From an uncultured Desulfobacter sp. (lineage in GTDB: Bacteria; Desulfobacterota; Desulfobacteria; Desulfobacterales; Desulfobacteraceae): DNA of 64,000 bases. Below the pieces are notes generated by a model that worked only from the letters and a program-made list of their open reading frames with translations, did no database searches and was not told where the DNA came from. This document shows positions 57,961 through 64,000 of this stretch, piece by piece. The position numbers were made by a program, and so were the translations under genes. Each line of letters begins with the position of its first letter. Positions within the stretch are counted from its first letter, which is position 1. The DNA lies in the NCBI GenBank assembly GCA_963665095.1, contig OY762069.1, forward strand, positions 3,904,001 through 3,968,000, in the 5' to 3' direction.

Positions 57961-58855
57961 CGATATTCTCGCCCATAATTCCAGTAGGTTTAAAATAAAG
58001 CACCCCGATCAGGATGATAAAGGCATACACATCTTTGTATTCACCGGAAAGGTATCCGGCCCCGAAGATCTCCACCATGCCGATGATAAGCCCCCCGATC
58101 ATGGCGCCGGTAATATTGCCGATTCCGCCGAGAACCGCTGCGGAAAATGCCTTGATACCAGGGACAAAGCCCATGTCATACTTGACAGAGCCGTAATACA
58201 GGCCGTACATGATGCCGGCGGCTGCCGCCAGGCCCGCACCAATGGCAAAGGTCAGCGAGATAATCCTGTTGGAACCGATGGCCACCAGAGCCGACATGGT
58301 CTTGTCCTGGGCTGTGGCCCGCATGGCCATACCGATCTTGGTTTTGAAAACCAGCAGGTTCAGAGCAATAAGCAGACCGGCTGTCAGAGAGACAATGGTG
58401 ATCTGAAGGTAGGAAACGGTCACGGCCCCGAAATTGAATCCGCCCTGGAACAGTTCGGACGGATAGACCGCATCGTACACCCCCCGGGTGAGCATCATGC
58501 CGTTGGACAGAAAAATGGACATGCCCAGGGCAGAAAGCAGAACAGAGAGGCGTGAGGCTTTTCTCAAAGGTTTATAGGCGATCTTTTCCACGCCAATGGC
58601 AAGATAGGCGGTATAGCCCATGGACACGACAAAGGCAAAGGTCAGGCAAAGTATCGGATGGGTATCCATATATCCGGATCCCGCCAGAAACGCCAAGACA
58701 ATAGCCCCGATGTAGCCGCCGGCGGTAAAAAATTCACCATGGGCAAAGTTGATAAGCTGGATGACGCCATAGACCATGGTGTACCCCAGCGCAATCAATG
58801 CATACATTCCGCCAAGGGTCAACCCGTTAATCAGCTGCTGAATAAAGTATTCCAT
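57944..58855 (-). CDS. livH: Branched-chain amino acid ABC permease
   Basis: QQLINGLTLG..YALIALGYTMVYGV..LINFAHGE. Confidence 0.96.
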   Translation of the reverse strand: MEYFIQQLINGLTLGGMYALIALGYTMVYGVIQLINFAHGEFFTAGGYIGAIVLAFLAGSGYMDTHPILCLTFAFVVSMGYTAYLAIGVEKIAYKPLRKASRLSVLLSALGMSIFLSNGMMLTRGVYDAVYPSELFQGGFNFGAVTVSYLQITIVSLTAGLLIALNLLVFKTKIGMAMRATAQDKTMSALVAIGSNRIISLTFAIGAGLAAAAGIMYGLYYGSVKYDMGFVPGIKAFSAAVLGGIGNITGAMIGGLIIGMVEIFGAGYLSGEYKDVYAFIILIGVLYFKPTGIMGENIDDTRV

Positions 58856-58968
58856 GCTTTAATTTTTTTCTTATGGCTTGTGTGTAAAAACTTAAGGTAC
58901 AGCCGGTGGAAAAGATCCGATCATCCTCACGACCGGCTGTACTTCAACCTTCAATAGATATTTAGCGT

Positions 58969-60105
58969 CTATTTAAGCAGGCCTTTTTCAGGATCCCAGT
59001 AGGGAACAAACTTGTCGCCCACAACCTTGAAGGCAATGTAAGAGGAACCGGAATCACCTTTCTGGTTGAATTTTACGCGTTTGGAAACACCCTGGTAGTC
59101 AAGCTTGAGCAGTTCTGCTTTTACTTTGGCAGGCTCTGTGGTGCCGGCTGCTTTAACTGCTTTCAGATATGCCATGGCAGAGTCATAGGCATAGGTGGCA
59201 TAGGCGGCAATCTTACCATATTTGGGCACATAGCGGTCTGCAAATGCTTTATATTCAGGGGTATTGGGGTCGGTGAAACCGTATGTCAGGAAGACACCGT
59301 CAGATGCTTCTTTGGCAACTTCCATGTATCTGGGCTGGAACACGGCATCCTGGGTGACGATCTGGGATTTCATACCCAGACGTTTGGCTTGCAGCGTCAT
59401 CATGGCAGCCGGAGAAAATCCCTGCAAAGACATGTAGAATACGTCTGCGTCAGCCTGTTTCGCCTTGGTCAGAATGGCGGAGAAGTCTTTATCACCCTGG
59501 TTCACATGCTCATGGGCCACAACGTCCATGCCCATCTCCTTGGCAGATTTTTCAACGCCGTCAGCCAGGCCCTGGGAATAGGTGGTTTTATCGTCAACAA
59601 TAAAAATGGTTTTTGCCTTGAGTTCTTCTTTGATGAATTTAGCAGCGGAAGGCGCCTGGTCATCGTCACGTCCGCACATACGGAACATATAGGGAAGTCC
59701 GCGGTCTGTTACTTTTTCGTTGGTGGAGGCAGGGGTGATCATAATGATCTCTTCCTCATCCAGGGTTTCAGAGGCAGGGATGGTGGAAGAGGAGCAGTAA
59801 GCACCGATAACGCCGGTCACTTCTTCGTTGATCAGCTTGTTGGCAGAAGCAACTGCCTGGCGGGGGTCACATGCGGTATCCTGGGGGAACAGCTGAATTT
59901 TGTCGTAACCCGGCATGCCGCCCTGTTCTTCAAAGACTTCAATGGCGGTGAGAACACCGTTTTTGATGTCTGTGCCGTCAGAGGCGTAGGGACCTGTCAA
60001 CGGGCTCATGGATCCGATTTTCAGGGTTTTTGCATACGCACCGCCCAAAAGAAACGGAACAAGTACCGCGCCCAACACTAATGCAGAAACAACTCTTTTT
60101 TTCAT
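58969..60105 (-). CDS. livK: Branched-chain amino acid ABC substrate-binding protein
   Basis: Signal peptide; PLTGPYA, D.ACDP.QAV, G.YCSS.TIP, DDKTTY.QGLA. Confidence 0.92.
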   Translation of the reverse strand: MKKRVVSALVLGAVLVPFLLGGAYAKTLKIGSMSPLTGPYASDGTDIKNGVLTAIEVFEEQGGMPGYDKIQLFPQDTACDPRQAVASANKLINEEVTGVIGAYCSSSTIPASETLDEEEIIMITPASTNEKVTDRGLPYMFRMCGRDDDQAPSAAKFIKEELKAKTIFIVDDKTTYSQGLADGVEKSAKEMGMDVVAHEHVNQGDKDFSAILTKAKQADADVFYMSLQGFSPAAMMTLQAKRLGMKSQIVTQDAVFQPRYMEVAKEASDGVFLTYGFTDPNTPEYKAFADRYVPKYGKIAAYATYAYDSAMAYLKAVKAAGTTEPAKVKAELLKLDYQGVSKRVKFNQKGDSGSSYIAFKVVGDKFVPYWDPEKGLLK

Positions 60106-60206
60106 TTTTCCCTCCTAGGATTTGTATGGAACCTTACACCTCAAAATTCCATATTTTGTTGTGGACGACCCTGGGCTAAAGTTCCCTGAGCTGCCCGTAA
60201 TTTTTA

Positions 60207-60974
60207 TCAGGTTTCAGCCGGCTGACCAAGATACGCCTCAATGACTTTAGGATCATTCTGAATCTCAGAAGGAGTGCCTTCGGCAATTTTCACACCATGG
60301 TCAACACAAACAATATGATCACACACACCCATGACCACCTTCATATCGTGCTCCACCAGCAGCACGTCAATGCCCAGATCCCTGATACGCGAAATATCAC
60401 GCATCAGGTCTGAGGATTCACTGGGGTTCATGCCGGCGGCGGGTTCGTCTAAAAGCAGGACCTGGGGTTCTGATGCAATGGCCCTGGCGATTTCAAGACG
60501 ACGCTGGAGGCCATAGGGCAGACTTGCGGCCACATCATCGGCGTACTTATCCACACCCATGAATTTAAGGGCTTCCAGGGCTTTTTCTTTTATCTTTGCT
60601 TCTTCCCGTTTCTGGGAAGGGGTTCGCAGAATGGAGCCCACAAGACCCTTGCCGGTTCTGCAGTGCCTGGCCACCATGGCATTTTCAACAGCAGTCATGG
60701 CTGAAAACAGGCGAATGTTCTGAAACGTTCTGGCAATCCCTTTTTCAAAAATGACGTAGGGGCGTCTCCCCTTGATACTCTTGCCGTTGAAGAGCACATC
60801 CCCTTCCGACGCCTGGTACACACCGGTAAGCACATTAAACACCGTTGTTTTCCCGGCACCATTGGGTCCGATGAGTCCGACAACACGGCCGTTGCCGATG
60901 GTAAAACTCAACTTGGATAACGCAAGGAGACCGCCAAACCGTACACTGATCTTTTTTAATTCTAATTGAGCCAT
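60207..60974 (-). CDS. livG: Branched-chain amino acid ABC ATPase
   Basis: FGGL.AL, GPNGAGKTT.FN, ARTFQNIRLF, LPYG.QRRLEIARA. Confidence 0.96.
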   Translation of the reverse strand: MAQLELKKISVRFGGLLALSKLSFTIGNGRVVGLIGPNGAGKTTVFNVLTGVYQASEGDVLFNGKSIKGRRPYVIFEKGIARTFQNIRLFSAMTAVENAMVARHCRTGKGLVGSILRTPSQKREEAKIKEKALEALKFMGVDKYADDVAASLPYGLQRRLEIARAIASEPQVLLLDEPAAGMNPSESSDLMRDISRIRDLGIDVLLVEHDMKVVMGVCDHIVCVDHGVKIAEGTPSEIQNDPKVIEAYLGQPAET

Positions 60975-61297
60975 CGCAAATCCACTAAGTTTTAATTATA
61001 TGGAAGTAATTCAATAACATACTGGATTTCTTCCATGTTTTGTTTTAGACCGGCCCCGATATATGTCCGGGTCAGCCCATGGCTGTGATTATCTTAAAAA
61101 TATTTCTAAAATTGCATACCTGCCGAAGTTAGTTTTCTGTAGCCCATTGAATCCTGGTTTGTCAACATTTAACAACATTGGATCATCACCTATACATAAA
61201 TTCACAAGCATTTACAAAAAGCTTTACATTTTCATTGACATTGAATTGTGCTTCTGCCACACTGACAAAAAAACAATGGGATAATCTAAAAGCAAAA

Positions 61298-61936
61298 ATG
61301 AGACCACAACTCACGGAAAAACAAAAAAAGGTATTGGATTTTCTACGGACAGAAGCCGGCAGATCCGGTGAGAATCCCAGCCTGCGTCATATGGCCAAAA
61401 GCCTTGACATCAGCCATGCGGCTGTGGCCCAGACATTAAAACTACTTGAATCCAAAGGATATATCCGCAGGCAGGGCCGATACAGCCGGACCATCGACAT
61501 TCTGGATGATACAGAAGGTATTGAGACAGACAGCCGGCAAAAGATCATCCCCATTGTGGGCCGGATCACGGCCGGACTGCCCATCTATGCCAGCCAGGAG
61601 TGGGATGGCAGTCTGGTGGTGGACAGCGCCCTATATCCCGGAGATAATCTGTTTGCCTTAAGGGTCCTTGGCCAGTCCATGAGAGATGCCGGCATTCTGG
61701 ACCGGGACATCGCCATCTGCAGGCCCCGGCAGTATGCCTGTGACAGGGAGATTGTGGTGGCCCTGATCAACGGAGAGGAAGCCACTGTCAAGCGGTTCTT
61801 CCTGCATGCCGACCACATTGAACTGCGCCCTGAAAATCCCGATTTCACGTCCCAGACCTATGGATTTGACGATGTTTTGATCCAGGGCAGGGTCATTGGT
61901 ATCATCCGGCCGGCAGACGCCATGATTGCGGAGTGA
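61298..61936 (+). CDS. lexA: SOS repressor LexA
   Basis: LT.KQ..VL.F, PS...MA, IVGRITAGLP (Ala-Gly cleavage site), GQSM..AGI, EEATVKR. Confidence 0.93.
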   Translation: MRPQLTEKQKKVLDFLRTEAGRSGENPSLRHMAKSLDISHAAVAQTLKLLESKGYIRRQGRYSRTIDILDDTEGIETDSRQKIIPIVGRITAGLPIYASQEWDGSLVVDSALYPGDNLFALRVLGQSMRDAGILDRDIAICRPRQYACDREIVVALINGEEATVKRFFLHADHIELRPENPDFTSQTYGFDDVLIQGRVIGIIRPADAMIAE

Positions 61937-62732
61937 TCCTGTGGAAGCACTGTATGCAGGTACCAGCGGCTACTCCTATGCCGAATGGGTGGATGCCGGT
62001 ATTTATCCGGCCGGAACCCATGCCGCCAGCATGCTGCCGGCCTATGCAGGCCTTTTCAGAACCACGGAACTGAACTACACCTGGTATCAGATGCCCAAAG
62101 CCCGGTCCCTGGAACGAATGGTTGACCTGGTACCGGCCGGGTTCAAGTTCAGTGTCAAACTCACCCGAACCATGACCCATGAGGTGGACAAAGCCGGATG
62201 GATACGTGAGGTGCTTTTGTTCCGCCAGGGTATTGCCCCCCTGGAGACCCATGGCTGCCTGTTGTGCATTCTGGTTCAGCTGCCCCCCTATTTCACCCGC
62301 ACGCCGGACCGGCGCATCTATCTGGCAGCCCTCCTGGACGAACTGGCAGGGCTGCCTGTGGCCGTGGAGTTCCGCCATCCCTCCTGGGTCCATGACAAGG
62401 TTTTCTATGATTTCCAGCGGCGTAAAATCACCCTGGTAACCGTGGATGGCCCGGACCTGCCGTATCTGTTTCCCCGGCTGGATATTGTGACAAATCCGCT
62501 GCTTTTCTATCTGCGCCTGCATGGCCGGAACAGCCAGGGCTGGCGGTCCGGCAACATGCAGAAGCAGTTTGACTACAGCTACAGTGAAACAGAACTGAAA
62601 GCCCTGGCGGAAACCATTCAAAAAAACATGATACCGGCGGCAGACACAGGGGCTCTCTTTTTCAACAACCATGTCCGGGGCCAGGCCCCTAAAAATTGTT
62701 TAAGACTGATTGATATTCTTGCAGCCCGGTAA
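61926..62732 (+). CDS. DUF72 domain protein
   Basis: GTSGYSY.EW, ELN.T.Y, F.VK, QLPP.F, AVEFRH.SW, Y.RLHGRN, FFNNH..G.A. Confidence 0.93.
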   Translation: MRSDPVEALYAGTSGYSYAEWVDAGIYPAGTHAASMLPAYAGLFRTTELNYTWYQMPKARSLERMVDLVPAGFKFSVKLTRTMTHEVDKAGWIREVLLFRQGIAPLETHGCLLCILVQLPPYFTRTPDRRIYLAALLDELAGLPVAVEFRHPSWVHDKVFYDFQRRKITLVTVDGPDLPYLFPRLDIVTNPLLFYLRLHGRNSQGWRSGNMQKQFDYSYSETELKALAETIQKNMIPAADTGALFFNNHVRGQAPKNCLRLIDILAAR

Positions 62733-62835
62733 CAGCCCCCGGCACCGGAGCGTGGAATTTTCGGCAGTGGCCCAGACGGAGATCTCGATCGGTGGTGGCG
62801 AGGTGCTATTGTTTTACGTAAGGTCTTAAAATATC

Positions 62836-64000
62836 ATGAAACCCAGATCTATCGTCCATATAAATATTGCGGATTTCGCCGCCCGGATAGAGGCAGGCAG
62901 CAGCCCGTCCCTGCAGGACCGTCCCGTGGTCATTGCCCCTGCAGATGCGCCCAGGGCCGTGGTCTATGATATGAATGAAACCGCCTTTCAGGAAGGCATC
63001 TGCAAAGGCATGCCGCTGTCACAGGTCAGATCCCGGCACCGGGGCATCGTTATTCTGCCCCCCCGGTTCAACCGGTATGAGCGGGTCATGACGGAGATCC
63101 AGAAGCATGGCCTGGCCTTTACACCCGCTGTGGAATCCGGCCGTGGCGACGGGCACCTGTTCCTGGATATCACAGGTACAGGCCGGCTTTACGGACCACC
63201 CCCGGACGTGGCCTTCCGGCTGAAAAAAAGGATCAAAAAATATCTGAGCCTGGATCCCATATGGTCTTTGGCCACGAATAAACTGGTGGCCAAGGCAGCA
63301 TCAAGAATGGTCAAACCCCTGGGGGAATATATTGTGGGGCCCGGGGATGAAGAAAATTTCCTAACCCCTCTTCCTTTAAGCCTTTTGCCCGGATTGACCG
63401 GGCAGGAAGTAAACACTGCGGCCCGGTTCAACCTGGAAACCGTATGCCAGCTCAGACAGTTAACAGCAGCCCAGCTGGCCATCCCTTTTTCAGAACGGGC
63501 CGGCACCATCCTTGGCATGGCCCGGGGCCTGGATATGGAGCCGGTCAGACCGGGGCCGGCTCCCGGACTGACAGCTGATCATGAATTTGCCACAGACACC
63601 AATGACGCAGATGAACTTAAAGCCTGCATGGCCGGTTTGGCCCAGCAGATCTGTCGGGACCTGGACCGCCGTCAATGCCGGGCCAAGATGCTGGAGGTGT
63701 GCATTTCTTACTCTGACGGAATTCAACACCAGGCAAGGCTGACCCAGGTAAAGGAGGAGGGGCTGTTCCTGTTCAGCCAGGTGTGGGGGCTTTTTGAACG
63801 CGTCTGGAAACGCCGGGTCCGTATTCGCCATATCCGGCTGGGCTGTCATACAGCTGCGGCTCAGCCGGTCCAGGCCGACCTGTTCAGGCCCTTGGGTCAG
63901 ACGGGGAAAACCGCCAGATACAGCAGGGTCCAGACCGCTGCCAACCAGGTCCGGGAGCGGTTTGGCAATGCCGCTTTGACCCTTGCCACCGCACTGCAGC
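62836..64000 (+). CDS. imuB: ImuB/DinB-like Y-family polymerase, probably catalytically inactive; runs off the window end
   Basis: MKPRSIVHINIADF...DRPVVI...GI.KGM.L...ESGRGDGHLFLDITG...NKLVAK.AS...KP; canonical D.D and SIDE motifs are altered. Confidence 0.8.
   Translation, partial: MKPRSIVHINIADFAARIEAGSSPSLQDRPVVIAPADAPRAVVYDMNETAFQEGICKGMPLSQVRSRHRGIVILPPRFNRYERVMTEIQKHGLAFTPAVESGRGDGHLFLDITGTGRLYGPPPDVAFRLKKRIKKYLSLDPIWSLATNKLVAKAASRMVKPLGEYIVGPGDEENFLTPLPLSLLPGLTGQEVNTAARFNLETVCQLRQLTAAQLAIPFSERAGTILGMARGLDMEPVRPGPAPGLTADHEFATDTNDADELKACMAGLAQQICRDLDRRQCRAKMLEVCISYSDGIQHQARLTQVKEEGLFLFSQVWGLFERVWKRRVRIRHIRLGCHTAAAQPVQADLFRPLGQTGKTARYSRVQTAANQVRERFGNAALTLATALQ

Noticed and set aside
56004..60081. 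Antisense ORFs over the liv operon (56004-56891, 59389-60081)
   Set aside because: Shadows of conserved liv genes
1..64000. rRNA, tRNA, integron integrase
   Set aside because: None recognised by eye; no tyrosine recombinase ORF in the track

Overview
Chromosomal window from a probable sulfate-reducing deltaproteobacterium (Desulfobacteraceae-like; inferred from gene content only). Bases 1-13,780 are the distal end of an integron-type cassette array on the + strand, with no integrase in the window. It holds three intact cassettes (an NYN-domain protein, an AbrB/VapC toxin-antitoxin pair and YefM/YoeB), and its attC sites are colonised by nested group II introns of three classes. (i) IIC-attC introns sit on the bottom strand, including two ORF-less copies; one lies precisely after nucleotide 1 of the other and has a matching change in its EBS1 loop. 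(ii) A class D (RmInt1-like) intron occurs twice at the DV/DVI junction of the IIC introns. (iii) A degenerate chloroplast-like IIB intron on the top strand has an EBS1 (CCUAAC) complementary to the attC core site, and itself carries an IS66 and a Mu-like three-gene transposon. The rest is mostly core genome: moxR/DUF58/transglutaminase, a STAND-BTAD regulator, serB, a tRNA nucleotidyltransferase, amrS, cooC, slyD, pruA/amaB, an IS graveyard, ahpCF, modF, zupT, TRAP and Liv transporters, a triheme cytochrome and a lexA-DUF72-imuB cassette. It also holds a ~125-bp palindromic repeat family that always abuts stop codons, and a promoter motif shared by two distant secreted-protein genes. All calls come from reading the sequence; no database searches were run.
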